A stretch of 64,000 nt of DNA from an uncultured Bacilli bacterium (GCA_934096275.1 CAKOLK010000005.1:588-64587); one strand, 5' to 3'. Positions 38,505 through 48,542 are shown, numbered from the stretch's first letter. The notes: generated by a model from the sequence alone, not told the origin. Made by a program: numbers and translations.

Positions 38505-39155
38505 TTATATTTCATTATCTATTATCCACTTTATATCCTCAATTGATTTATCTATATTAAATATTCCATTTCCAACGGGATAATAAACTGAATATACTTT
38601 GTATTCATCATTATTAATATTTAACTTATGGCATATTTTTCTGTTTTGTGATACGGATATTTTCTTACCTAATATAATAGAACTAACTTGATTACCAAAA
38701 GTAATTATTACTTTTGGTTTTATAATATCTATTTCTTTAAATAATAAATTTAAATATTTTTTTAGTACTTCATCACTAAGTGGTCTAGCATCTATTTGAG
38801 TACATTTTCCAAGATTAGTAATAAATACTTTATTTCTACTTATTTCATCATATAAATAGTCGCAAAATTCATAATCCCAATCTTTTGGTTTTTTATTTAT
38901 GATTTCATTATACGTATCTTCACTAATTAAATCAACATTATAAAATAGTTTCCAGATGTTTTTAGTACCAAGCCATGGTGATTTTCTGCCTTTCCAAGAT
39001 TTATCACTAGCAATATTTCTACCGGTTGGATTCATAAATACAAAGCATATATCAGGACTTTCTTCACATCCTCCATTATAAATAGAATCTAATTCTTTGG
39101 CACCATATTTCATTTGTAACTTATCATAATCTTTCTTTAGGTCTCTGAGTAACAT
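38505..39155 (-). CDS. uracil-DNA glycosylase superfamily protein
   Basis: CFVFMNPTGRN (motif A-like), FITNLGKC, and VYYPVGNG (motif B position). Confidence 0.5.
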   Translation of the reverse strand: MLLRDLKKDYDKLQMKYGAKELDSIYNGGCEESPDICFVFMNPTGRNIASDKSWKGRKSPWLGTKNIWKLFYNVDLISEDTYNEIINKKPKDWDYEFCDYLYDEISRNKVFITNLGKCTQIDARPLSDEVLKKYLNLLFKEIDIIKPKVIITFGNQVSSIILGKKISVSQNRKICHKLNINNDEYKVYSVYYPVGNGIFNIDKSIEDIKWIIDNEI

Positions 39156-39209
39156 AATACACCTCCCTTAAATTATAACATAAAAAAATAGAAAAAGTTA
39201 GTATTTACA

Positions 39210-39781
39210 CTAACTTAATCTTAATTCTGCACCTTCTTTGAAAACATCTCCGACTTTTTCAGTAACCTTATAATAACTACGTGTATAAGGATCAAATGCT
39301 ATAGCACTAAGTTTTTCTATATCAACTTTATCATCATTTAGTATTCTTTCATCTACTGAAACATTAACTACTTTTCCTATTACACCACATCCATATTCAT
39401 TTTCTTGATATTCAATAAAATCACACTCAATACATATTGGTAATTCATTTATAATTGGTGCATCAACATTTTCTGATTTAATAGAAGTAAGACCGCTTTT
39501 TTCAAACTTATTTGGTGTATTATTACCAGATACCATTCCAAAATAATCAGCTTCCTTTACATGATCAGAATCTGCAATTGAAACAGTAAAAGCCTTTCTT
39601 TGTAGTATATTCTTTACTGTCTTATGATTCTTTGCTTGGTGTACTATGCAACATGATTTCTATCTTGCATAGTACACCAAGCAGCATTCATTACATTAGT
39701 ACTTCCATCTTCATTATAAGTTGTAACAAGTAGTACAGGCATTGGAAAAATTGCCTCAGTTTGTTTTATATTCTTTCTCAT
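39210..39781 (-). pseudogene. frameshifted flavin reductase-like (FMN-binding split barrel) gene
   Basis: The N-terminal piece (FPMPVLLVTTYNEDGSTNVMNAAWCTM) stops at 39644. The rest continues in another frame (KNHKTVKNILQRKAFTVSI...). Confidence 0.6.
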
Positions 39782-39839
39782 TTTATCACTTTCTATAAAG
39801 ATTATACCATAAAAAAAGATAGAATTATCTATCAATTTT

Positions 39840-40401
39840 TAGTACAATTTATAGTTTGTGTCTTTTTACAAACATTACCATCCTTTGCATAACCAGATGA
39901 ACAAACTTTACTACTTGTAACACTAGTAGTTTTAACACACCACATAAACGCTCATCCAACACCATCCTCTAGAGAATACATATAATCCGAGCTACTATTA
40001 CATTCCCAAGTGCCATTACTATTAGTAGCATGATATTTACTACTACTACTTAAACACTTTCCATTTTTTGGAGAATAACCATTTGGACAAGTACTTTTAC
40101 TAGTCATATTAGTAGTAACAACCTTACTACATTTACTTTCATTTTTTATTGGTATACAATCCTTTGAACAAATATAAGGTTTTACAAACACTGCTTTTAA
40201 AGTCATATCTTTACTAACTCCAATATCTTTTGTAATACTATTACCATCTAAATCAACAAACCCTTTAAATGCATAACCATCCTTTGTAGGATCAACTGGT
40301 AAAATAATAGTTTCACCTTCTTCAATATAGCAAGTAAACAACTAAAAGAATAAGTAAAATAATTATTAGTATTAAAGTAATAATACCTATTTTTTCCTCA
40401 T
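39840..40401 (-). pseudogene. degraded gene for a secreted Cys-rich protein with a Listeria-Bacteroides (Flg_new) repeat
   Basis: RBS and ATG at 40399-40401 hit a stop after 4 codons at an A6 tract. The signal peptide reads only in the +1 frame, and there is a further stop at 39952 with coding continuing in another frame. Confidence 0.45.
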
Positions 40402-40526
40402 GTATCCTCCTTATTTTTATAAAACAAGTATATAACATAAACGTATTTTTATCTACTGCCTCTATATATTTTTACAATTATTTTATTAATTATTGTAATA
40501 AAATAATATATGCTTATCTTTTTTGT

Positions 40527-41372
40527 CTAAGTTATAATTACTTTTCCATTTAAATTACATATATAACACTGTGGAAATTTTTCTTTTATCATTTCTAATT
40601 GTTTTTTATCATTTTCTAATTTTCTACCTACTAGAACTCCTTCGATAAAACATGATGGAATTCCGAATATTATTGCACTTTCTCTATTGGTTGTAAAATC
40701 ATCTCTTTTAATGTATATAAAGTTTTCAATAAACCATTTACTAATAAAACTCTTTAATATTCTTTTATCGAATCCTAAACTAAATATATCGTTTTTTATT
40801 ATCTTTTTAGCATAATCATTATTAGTGTTTAAGATAAATGCAATTTGGTTATCATCTCTTATTAAAGATGGTAAAAATCTAATTTCTTTTGTCTGTTCAG
40901 CAGTCCACATCCAAATATTCATAGTTCTACTGTTTTCAATTTCTTCATCAATTTTATTATATGGCACTAATTTTGTTATAGGATTATCATTAAAATCCGT
41001 ATATTTGATAGTCATACCACTATAAAGATTAATATAGTCTTTTAATAAAATATCTTCTTTAATATTCCACATACTTACACAGTATGGCGTTTTTTGAGCT
41101 TTAACATTAAAGTTTTGAATATTCGAACTTAAAAAACCGTTTTCTACAATAGAATCAAGATTTTCATATCCACGTCTTACTCCATGTATAAAAGTCCCTT
41201 TTTTTAGTAAAACATCATCTTTTACATGATATTGGTGTTTTGGTAATTCAAAATTATCTTCTGCTAATTTAAAATTATTTAATTGTTCTACAAATAAATT
41301 ATAACTTGATTTATTATATTTAAATTTTCTTTTTATATTATTTAAATATTCACGTTCTTTTTCTTTTTTCAT
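40527..41372 (-). CDS. hypothetical protein (281 aa)
   Basis: Long ORF, tightly coupled (6-nt gap) to the upstream small membrane protein gene. Confidence 0.45.
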   Translation of the reverse strand: MKKEKEREYLNNIKRKFKYNKSSYNLFVEQLNNFKLAEDNFELPKHQYHVKDDVLLKKGTFIHGVRRGYENLDSIVENGFLSSNIQNFNVKAQKTPYCVSMWNIKEDILLKDYINLYSGMTIKYTDFNDNPITKLVPYNKIDEEIENSRTMNIWMWTAEQTKEIRFLPSLIRDDNQIAFILNTNNDYAKKIIKNDIFSLGFDKRILKSFISKWFIENFIYIKRDDFTTNRESAIIFGIPSCFIEGVLVGRKLENDKKQLEMIKEKFPQCYICNLNGKVIIT

Positions 41373-41378
41373 TTCACA

Positions 41379-41654
41379 TCACTTATCTCTTTCTTTTTTA
41401 ATATTCTTAATAATAATTACTGAAAAAATAATTGCCAATAAAACTATAAGCTCCCCGATTATCATTTGAGATCTTTTCCCACTTAAAATCATAACTACTC
41501 CAACAGATACAAGACATCCAATAACTCCGATAATAAATAGTATTATAAGTCCAATAAGATGATATCTTATCCATTTACTTATTTTTCTATTTTTAGCAAC
41601 TTCTAAACTAGTATCAAATATTAATTCAACCAAAAACTCAATCAGCATATCCAT
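41379..41654 (-). CDS. small two-TM membrane protein
   Basis: 91 aa with two hydrophobic segments; 4 nt downstream of the DUF1848 gene. Confidence 0.45.
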   Translation of the reverse strand: MDMLIEFLVELIFDTSLEVAKNRKISKWIRYHLIGLIILFIIGVIGCLVSVGVVMILSGKRSQMIIGELIVLLAIIFSVIIIKNIKKERDK

Positions 41655-41658
41655 AAAA

Positions 41659-42546
41659 TCACTTTTTTCTTTCTTTTATTATATCATCATTTTTAATATT
41701 CCCAATTAAAATTGAAGAGTTTTTATCATGCATCATAATATTTTTATTTACCATATCCTCATCATAATTAGCATAACAATACTTACATAAATGTTTACAA
41801 GTGTTATAACATCCTATATCTACCATTTCTACACAATTACATTTTTTACCTTTTCTAGCAGTCCAATTCTTATATTTTTTACCAGTTATTTGGTATGCTA
41901 ATTCATGCGATAAACATTCTCCCTTTATGAAACCATATTCTATTAAATTGTGATCTTCAAAACAAGTAAATACTTCCATATTATGAAGTCTAGCACTTTT
42001 ACTAAAAGATTCTCCAATTATTTTATAATCATCAATAGTTAATTCTTTATATTTTAAAATATTTCTATTTTTTCTAACATTTTTATATTCATCTAAAAAT
42101 GATATTAATATTTTATCGGTATACCCATCAAACAATGAACAAAGTCTTTCAAAAGCTTTTATATGATAATCTAAATTATACTTATCACTTATAAATACAG
42201 GATCATACCTAATAGTTAAGTTTTCTTTTCCAATAATACTAGATAATTTCTTAATAGATAAAATAATATCTTTTTTATCTGGAACATTTACTTCGATATC
42301 ATCCTTATAAGGAGTAACAGTAACATGAAAAAGCATAGGTATTTTTATTTCATTTAATCTATCTATTATGGGTATAGGATTCTTAGTACAAAAGAAAATT
42401 AAATCAACATCAGAAAAAAATATTCTAGAAACAAGACTAGAATTAAAAGGGTTTCTTACATCAACAAAACCTTCATTATATCTATTCATAAACCAATCTG
42501 TATAAAAAGCCACTATATCAGTCCTACTGCTTACGTTCAATATCAT
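41659..42546 (-). CDS. DUF1848 domain protein (C-terminal CX3CX2C cluster)
   Basis: SSRTDIVAFYTDWFMNRYNEGFVDVRNPFN is a DUF1848-type N-terminus; CKHLCKYCYA lies near the C-terminus. Confidence 0.7.
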   Translation of the reverse strand: MILNVSSRTDIVAFYTDWFMNRYNEGFVDVRNPFNSSLVSRIFFSDVDLIFFCTKNPIPIIDRLNEIKIPMLFHVTVTPYKDDIEVNVPDKKDIILSIKKLSSIIGKENLTIRYDPVFISDKYNLDYHIKAFERLCSLFDGYTDKILISFLDEYKNVRKNRNILKYKELTIDDYKIIGESFSKSARLHNMEVFTCFEDHNLIEYGFIKGECLSHELAYQITGKKYKNWTARKGKKCNCVEMVDIGCYNTCKHLCKYCYANYDEDMVNKNIMMHDKNSSILIGNIKNDDIIKERKK

Positions 42547-42639
42547 AATACACATCCTCTAGTTAAAATATATCAAAATTAAATATATAAGTCAAGTACA
42601 TTTGTTTGTTTTGAGTAAAATAAAAAAATACTTATAAAA

Positions 42640-43236
42640 TTATAAGTTGTCCTTTATTTCAGGAAATAAATCATATAAATTGTATCCAAGTAAATCATCG
42701 AAGTATTCTTTTAATTTATGTACCTCAGTTATATGATACTGAGCATTTGAAAATACTCCTCTTCTTAAAATTACATCTATTAATCTTTTCTCAATTGTTA
42801 CAACATTTGACGTACACATAAGATCACATAGATTGATTATCTTATCATATATTGTGTATTCATGATTAGAAATAAACTCTTTAACATCAGAATATCCTTT
42901 CATATAATGAATAAGTTCAGGATCAACCCCACATGTACACATAATATCATTGTTTAAATAAGAATGAGTAAGACAAATATTTGCATATTCTACGTCATAT
43001 CCTAAATCTTTTAAATAATAATATCCATTTATAATATGAGAATTAAAGTCACCAATACCCTTTCCAATATCATGAATATATCCCATAGCAAGAGCCTTAT
43101 CACTATCTAAATTTAATGCTTTAGCAATTACTGCGGCAGTATCTCCGACACATATGCTATGATCTATCCAACTAGAATCCTCAGTATCTCTATATTTATT
43201 TAATAATTCAAGTGCATCATTAGATGAAAGTTTCAT
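42640..43236 (-). CDS. HD/HDIG domain protein
   Basis: HSICVGD...GYIHDIGK. Confidence 0.65.
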   Translation of the reverse strand: MKLSSNDALELLNKYRDTEDSSWIDHSICVGDTAAVIAKALNLDSDKALAMGYIHDIGKGIGDFNSHIINGYYYLKDLGYDVEYANICLTHSYLNNDIMCTCGVDPELIHYMKGYSDVKEFISNHEYTIYDKIINLCDLMCTSNVVTIEKRLIDVILRRGVFSNAQYHITEVHKLKEYFDDLLGYNLYDLFPEIKDNL

Positions 43237-43298
43237 TTTTATCACTCCTTATCTTGCTGTCTAATAATACCACTTATTGAAATATTTATCAAGTTTTG

Positions 43299-43835
43299 TC
43301 AGAACATTTCTTTAGTTTTATGCAAATATTTTATTCTTTTATCTAATTTTTCAGGATTATGAGCAAGAGCATCACATCTTTGTATTTCATATCTTTTATA
43401 CTCTAATTCATAATCTTTTCCTACATCCTCATCAGTTATCGCAGTATCGTGTTTTTCGATTAGATAACATATTTTATTTGTAAAATAATCATCAAAACCA
43501 ATTCTTTTTAATATATCATAACTAATCATTTTAGATACAAATGCATGGTGCCTAAAATGTCTTATTTCTTCATCTTGGTAAGAAAAAGGTTTGCCTATAT
43601 CATGTAACAATAAAGAAAGTCTAATATCAAAATCATTCTCTGAAAGACTTAATGCAAGCAATGTATGCTCCCATACATCTAAATGATGATGAGGATGTTT
43701 TTGATCAAAACCAACCATGTAACTAAGTTCTGGAATCATAGAAAAAAGCAAATCAATATTATTATTTATTGACTCTACTACATCTTCTTGTAATAAAATA
43801 TTTTTTAATTCATTAATACTATTCACAAATATCAC
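43299..43835 (-). CDS. HD domain protein
   Basis: HHHLDVWEHTL ... LLLHDIGKP. Confidence 0.65.
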   Translation of the reverse strand: MIFVNSINELKNILLQEDVVESINNNIDLLFSMIPELSYMVGFDQKHPHHHLDVWEHTLLALSLSENDFDIRLSLLLHDIGKPFSYQDEEIRHFRHHAFVSKMISYDILKRIGFDDYFTNKICYLIEKHDTAITDEDVGKDYELEYKRYEIQRCDALAHNPEKLDKRIKYLHKTKEMF

Positions 43836-44532
43836 TCTTTAAATTACTACTTATTTTTTCAGGATATACTCCATTATATCTAACCTTGTTAATACCACGT
43901 CCTTCAGTATCTACAAAACATAAATAATATGTTGGAATATCCCCATATGTAACATATATATAAGAAGAATCTTTAAAATATACATCTAAGGTGTCACTTT
44001 TCATATCAAAACCCATAATACTTTCTATTTCACTTAAAGAATACTTTTTGTCTTCTTTATAATTATTGTTTTTATAATCGTTTGCTACTGCTTTAGTCAT
44101 ATCATCTATCTTACCTGCAATAGCACCAAGTTCATAATTATAATCATAATATATATCCATATATTTATAAGAAACAGTAATAAATACACTATAAAATGCA
44201 ATTCCTATAAAAGCACCTTTAATCATTTTACTTGAAGCAAACCTATTAAACTTCCTAAAATATAAGTACATGATTATAGCAACAGGAAAAAACACAAAAC
44301 CAAATACATACCACATATTACTAGCGTTAGTAATTTCATCTTTATAATTAGATTCTATCTCTTTTTTCTTTTTATTAATAACTTCATCAACCTTAGATGT
44401 ATCATTAGAAAAGCCTTTATCTTCAACACTTTCTATTTCATTTAAATAACCACATCTAGTACAAAAACCATTAATACTTTTCTCAGTTAATTCTCCACCA
44501 CAATTCTTACAATAATACTTATTATTTTCCAT
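43819..44532 (-). CDS. zinc-ribbon membrane protein
   Basis: CKNCGG...CTRCGY zinc ribbon plus two TM segments. Start set at MENNKYY (GGAGGA RBS). Confidence 0.5.
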   Translation of the reverse strand: MENNKYYCKNCGGELTEKSINGFCTRCGYLNEIESVEDKGFSNDTSKVDEVINKKKKEIESNYKDEITNASNMWYVFGFVFFPVAIIMYLYFRKFNRFASSKMIKGAFIGIAFYSVFITVSYKYMDIYYDYNYELGAIAGKIDDMTKAVANDYKNNNYKEDKKYSLSEIESIMGFDMKSDTLDVYFKDSSYIYVTYGDIPTYYLCFVDTEGRGINKVRYNGVYPEKISSNLKSDICE

Positions 44533-45400
44533 AGTATTCCTCCAGTAAAGAAGGTAAATCATCATTAAACTTCTTACTTCTAATCATCTCTATTTCAAAC
44601 TTATATGGAGGATATAATCCAACATATGGTGTTTCAAGTATCTTTGGAATAGAACTTAATCTATCATTATATATAATATTAATTAAATTATCAAAACCAA
44701 GATAACCATACCCAATATTTTCATGTCTATCTTTTCTAGCACCCATACTATTCTTGCTATCATTTACATGAATACATTTTACATATTTAAATAAATCTAG
44801 ATCTTCCAATTCATCAAGTACTTTATCAAAATTAGAAAGATCATATCCAGCATCAGATAAATGACAAGTATCAAGACAAATACCAATTTTATCCTTAAAC
44901 TCTACACCCTCAATTATTCTTTTTATTTCATCAAAATTACTACCTATTTCACTACCCTTACCAGCCATAGTTTCAAGAAGTATTGTTACACTAGTATTAG
45001 ATAGTATTTTGTTAAGACCAAATATAATATTTTCTATACCAACATCAACACCAAGACCGACATGCGAACCTGGATGAAGAACTAATTTATTCATTGATAA
45101 CTTTTCACAGCGTTTACACTCTTCGATTAAAAAAGGTATTGAATAATCAAGCTTTTCTGTATTAGCAAGATTAACTATATAAGGAGCATGCACAATAACA
45201 TTATTTTTATCTATATTATTTTCCTTCATCATAATAAGAGCTTCTTTAGTTAATTCATCATTAAGAGGAAGTCTATTAGTATTTTGAGGAGCCCCAGTAT
45301 AAAACATAAATGTATTCTCACCATAAGATAAAGCTTCTTTTAATGAACCAAGTAATTGAGTATCTTTCTTGAAAGAAACATGTGAACCTATTATTAACAC
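44522..45400 (-). CDS. nfo: deoxyribonuclease IV (endonuclease IV)
   Basis: IGSHVSF...; HAPYIVNLA, LHPGSH and CLDTCH metal-binding motifs. Confidence 0.9.
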   Translation of the reverse strand: MLIIGSHVSFKKDTQLLGSLKEALSYGENTFMFYTGAPQNTNRLPLNDELTKEALIMMKENNIDKNNVIVHAPYIVNLANTEKLDYSIPFLIEECKRCEKLSMNKLVLHPGSHVGLGVDVGIENIIFGLNKILSNTSVTILLETMAGKGSEIGSNFDEIKRIIEGVEFKDKIGICLDTCHLSDAGYDLSNFDKVLDELEDLDLFKYVKCIHVNDSKNSMGARKDRHENIGYGYLGFDNLINIIYNDRLSSIPKILETPYVGLYPPYKFEIEMIRSKKFNDDLPSLLEEYYGK

Positions 45401-45466
45401 ACTATCACCTCAATAACATTATAACACAAAAAAAGACATCATTTAAGATATCTTTTAATTTATTAA

Positions 45467-45979
45467 TTATTTAGTATAAGTAGCTTGCGCCATAGATGAA
45501 CAAGTAGTAACAGTATCAGTATCATTTATTAAGTTAGTATCAACATTTAAAGCACTTTCATCAATACCATCAAAACAATAAATACCATCTGATAAATGTA
45601 ACTTAAATTCTGAAGCACCAGTAGAATTATTACGAGTAACTTCTACATAAGCAGCCTTATATTCATTTCCATATGGACTGTTCTTAAGGTTTTTTTGTAC
45701 TACGTTATCAATTGGTGTTTGTGTACCAGTAGTAGGAACCCAATAAGCTTTCTTAGAACCAATATCAAATACGAAATTTCCTGATTTAGTAATGTTATTT
45801 GCTACAATATAAGTTCTTGCTGCTGTAACCAATTCAGCTGCTTCATTTTGCATTGAACCTCTACGTGCATCATTTAAATATTTAGTAACACTTGGTATAG
45901 CTACTGCTACTAAGATAGCTAATATTACGATTACTGCTAGTAATTCGATTAAGGTAAAACCTTTATTATTCTTTTTCAT
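45467..45979 (-). CDS. type IV pilin/pseudopilin (prepilin N-terminal methylation motif)
   Basis: KGFTLIELLAVIVILAILVAVAIPS. Confidence 0.75.
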   Translation of the reverse strand: MKKNNKGFTLIELLAVIVILAILVAVAIPSVTKYLNDARRGSMQNEAAELVTAARTYIVANNITKSGNFVFDIGSKKAYWVPTTGTQTPIDNVVQKNLKNSPYGNEYKAAYVEVTRNNSTGASEFKLHLSDGIYCFDGIDESALNVDTNLINDTDTVTTCSSMAQATYTK

Positions 45980-46013
45980 TTTATTTCCTCCTAATTATTT
46001 TTCTTATGATACT

Positions 46014-46042
46014 AATATATCATTTTGAAAATAGTTTGTAAA
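46014..46042 (-). promoter_or_regulatory. candidate sigma-A promoter of the pilin gene
   Basis: TTTACA-17 nt-TATATT on the minus strand. Confidence 0.35.
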
Positions 46043-46067
46043 GTCTTTTTAAGTATTTTTACATCAT

Positions 46068-46238
46068 TTAACATCCAGTTTTCAAACACTCATCAAGTTC
46101 TTCTTGAACATCATTAACTAATTTCTTATTATCATTGTAATTGTTATCCATGATATTAAGAACTAGAAACATAGACATACTAAGAAGTATTACCAAAGCA
46201 TAAACCATTGTTGTAATAGCAAACCCTTTATTATTCAT
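46068..46238 (-). CDS. possible minor pseudopilin-like protein
   Basis: MNNKGFAITTMVYALVILL is a degenerate prepilin leader lacking Glu5; AGGTGA RBS. Confidence 0.3.
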   Translation of the reverse strand: MNNKGFAITTMVYALVILLSMSMFLVLNIMDNNYNDNKKLVNDVQEELDECLKTGC

Positions 46239-46282
46239 ACAATCACCTACTATAGATAGTTTATCACAAAAAAAAAGATATA

Positions 46283-46504
46283 TCAAGAAAGTATATCAAG
46301 TAATTGTGAAACAGTATCTAGACTATCTACTAATTTATCTACTTTATCCTTTGTAGTTAATTTATATCTTTGTTTCATTTCTTCTTCAAATGGTTTTATA
46401 TAAGAACTATTTCTATTTAAATACTTATACCAATTAGAGTTTTCTCTTAAATATCTTAAATTATTAGAATTATTTCTTATTCTATACTGAGTATATAAGT
46501 TCAT
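46283..46504 (-). CDS. YlbE-like protein
   Basis: YLRENSNWYKYLNRNSSYIKPFEEEMKQRYKLT follows the YlbE family pattern. Confidence 0.55.
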   Translation of the reverse strand: MNLYTQYRIRNNSNNLRYLRENSNWYKYLNRNSSYIKPFEEEMKQRYKLTTKDKVDKLVDSLDTVSQLLDILS

Positions 46505-46860
46505 TAATCGTCAAAATGCCTATACATAGGACGTGGTTCATAAGTTGACTTCCTAACTGGTATATCCTTTGCTTTTGATTTAACCATATCTTGAAGATAA
46601 CTTATTCCCTTTTGTAAAGAATTAATTCCATCTTGCAGATCATTCATATTTACATTCTTAAACATCCCTAACATATCTTTAATTGAAGTAGATGAAGTAC
46701 TAGCACTAGTAGTAGTTAAATAATTATCCCAAATACTATTATTAGCACCATATAATTCATACATTTCATAAAACTTTTGCCAAGTCATTTCATTTTTATT
46801 TACATAATTTGCAAGACTTGGTCTTTCTCTAACAAAAGATTTAAAATCACTTAAAGGCAT
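46504..46860 (-). CDS. YlbD-like (putative spore coat) protein
   Basis: FKSFVRERPSLANYVNKNEMTWQKFYEMYELYG follows the YlbD pattern; adjacent to the ylbE-like gene, as in Bacillus. Confidence 0.55.
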   Translation of the reverse strand: MPLSDFKSFVRERPSLANYVNKNEMTWQKFYEMYELYGANNSIWDNYLTTTSASTSSTSIKDMLGMFKNVNMNDLQDGINSLQKGISYLQDMVKSKAKDIPVRKSTYEPRPMYRHFDD

Positions 46861-46891
46861 TATATCACCCTAATAAATTATATTCATTTAA

Positions 46892-47389
46892 TTATTTATC
46901 ATTACACATTTCAAATAAATATATGTTTTCTTCATACTTATTATTGTCTAAACTAAAATAACAAGTATCAATGAGTTTGCCACCACACCTTTTATAAAAC
47001 AAATTAGCAGAGTTTTCTTTTAAAGTACTAATCAAAACATAATCATAGTTATCTTTTAATATATCAAAAGAATATTCTAGTAACTTACGTCCAATACCCA
47101 TTCTTTGATATTTAGAGTCTATATATAAAGCATATACTTCTCCATAATTATCATTATATTCTTTTCTATTAGGACCATATCTTAAGAAACCCACAACTAA
47201 ATTATCGTTCTCACAAACTATATACTCTGAAATCTTATTTTTACATTTTTCAATACTTTCCATTCTTTTATCCTCTAAAGTATTAAGAAACTCATTATTA
47301 AATATATTATTATAAGTATTTTTCCATTCATTTATATTAATATTTACTATGCTTATAACATCTTCTTTTGTCGCTTTTCTAATTATCAT
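46892..47389 (-). CDS. GNAT family N-acetyltransferase
   Basis: YQRMGIGRKLLE acetyl-CoA binding motif. Confidence 0.8.
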   Translation of the reverse strand: MIIRKATKEDVISIVNININEWKNTYNNIFNNEFLNTLEDKRMESIEKCKNKISEYIVCENDNLVVGFLRYGPNRKEYNDNYGEVYALYIDSKYQRMGIGRKLLEYSFDILKDNYDYVLISTLKENSANLFYKRCGGKLIDTCYFSLDNNKYEENIYLFEMCNDK

Positions 47390-47459
47390 AACATTCTCCT
47401 TATCAGTTATAATATACTTTTATTATAATAACTTTGTCAATACTAAAAAGAAAAAGAGA

Positions 47460-47720
47460 CTATTTAGCCTCCACGATTAATTTAATAGCAGTTCTTTCCT
47501 CTCCATCAATTGTAATATCACTAAAAGCAGGAATACATACTAGATTAGCGCCACTTGGTGCTACAAAACCTCTTGCTATCGCTATTGCTTTTATTGCTTG
47601 ATTAAGTGCTCCCGCTCCAATTGCTTGTATTTCTACTATTCCTTTATCACGAAATACATTAGTTAATGCTCCCGCTACTGAATTGGGATTTGATTTTGAT
47701 GATACTTTAAGTATATCCAT
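47460..47720 (-). CDS. spoVS: stage V sporulation protein S
   Basis: ILKVSSKSNPNSVAGAL...IQAIGAGALNQAIKAIAIARGF. Confidence 0.9.
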   Translation of the reverse strand: MDILKVSSKSNPNSVAGALTNVFRDKGIVEIQAIGAGALNQAIKAIAIARGFVAPSGANLVCIPAFSDITIDGEERTAIKLIVEAK

Positions 47721-47852
47721 AATTTTATCATTCCTTTCTTTTTATATTAAATTATATTAAGGAAAAGAAAAATTATGAAAAAAAGATAGCAATCATTTCA
47801 ATTGCATCACCTTATCACAAAATGATGCAATTAAATATATAAAAGAAGATAT

Positions 47853-48542
47853 CTATAATACTTCGATATCTTCTTCGTCTTCAACAACTACTTGTTTAAC
47901 TTCAATAGGTTTTTCTTCTTTAATAGTTTGTAATTCTTCAGTTAGTTGTTCCATTACTGGTTCTTGTACCATTTCAACCGGTTTTTCTTCAACAATTTTA
48001 GCAATATTTTCTTCAGGTTTCTTTTCTTCATAAGTACCTTTTTCACTATTAAAACTAAAATTAAACTTTTTAGTAGGTTCAACACCACCATATATTAATG
48101 TAGTCTTAGGCTGTTCAATTACTTCTTCAACAGTTTCTTCTGCTACAATAGGTTTTATTTCTTCTACTTTTTCTGCAACAGGTTCAACCTTTTCCATCAC
48201 AGGTACAATTGTAACTTCTTCCTTATTTATAGTATCTACTTGATTAATAATTGGAATTGGTTCAGTTTTTATATCTTCTATTTCTTCTTCCTTAGGGAAT
48301 GTAAATGATTCTTTTTCATCTTCTTTTGGTTCTTCAATCTTTATCTTTTGTGTATTTTCAATTGGTGGTTTTTCATCATCAATCTCATCAATAGATAACA
48401 CACTATTACTTAATGAATCTGCTCCAATTAAGCTTTTATCTTTTTTGTAAGCAATAATTCCAATAATAATTGATAACAAAAGAAGAACAGCTCCAATAGT
48501 AATTAAAATTCCCGGAAACTTAATAAACATTTCTATATTCAT
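47853..48542 (-). CDS. membrane-anchored acidic low-complexity protein
   Basis: One TM segment followed by an E/K/P/V/I-rich repetitive region. Confidence 0.45.
   Translation of the reverse strand: MNIEMFIKFPGILITIGAVLLLLSIIIGIIAYKKDKSLIGADSLSNSVLSIDEIDDEKPPIENTQKIKIEEPKEDEKESFTFPKEEEIEDIKTEPIPIINQVDTINKEEVTIVPVMEKVEPVAEKVEEIKPIVAEETVEEVIEQPKTTLIYGGVEPTKKFNFSFNSEKGTYEEKKPEENIAKIVEEKPVEMVQEPVMEQLTEELQTIKEEKPIEVKQVVVEDEEDIEVL

Noticed and set aside
34325-44520. Prophage or integrative element
   Set aside because: There are no integrase, terminase, capsid or conjugation genes and no att-like tRNA junction. Only the rbgA 5' duplication and RhuM scars suggest past recombination.
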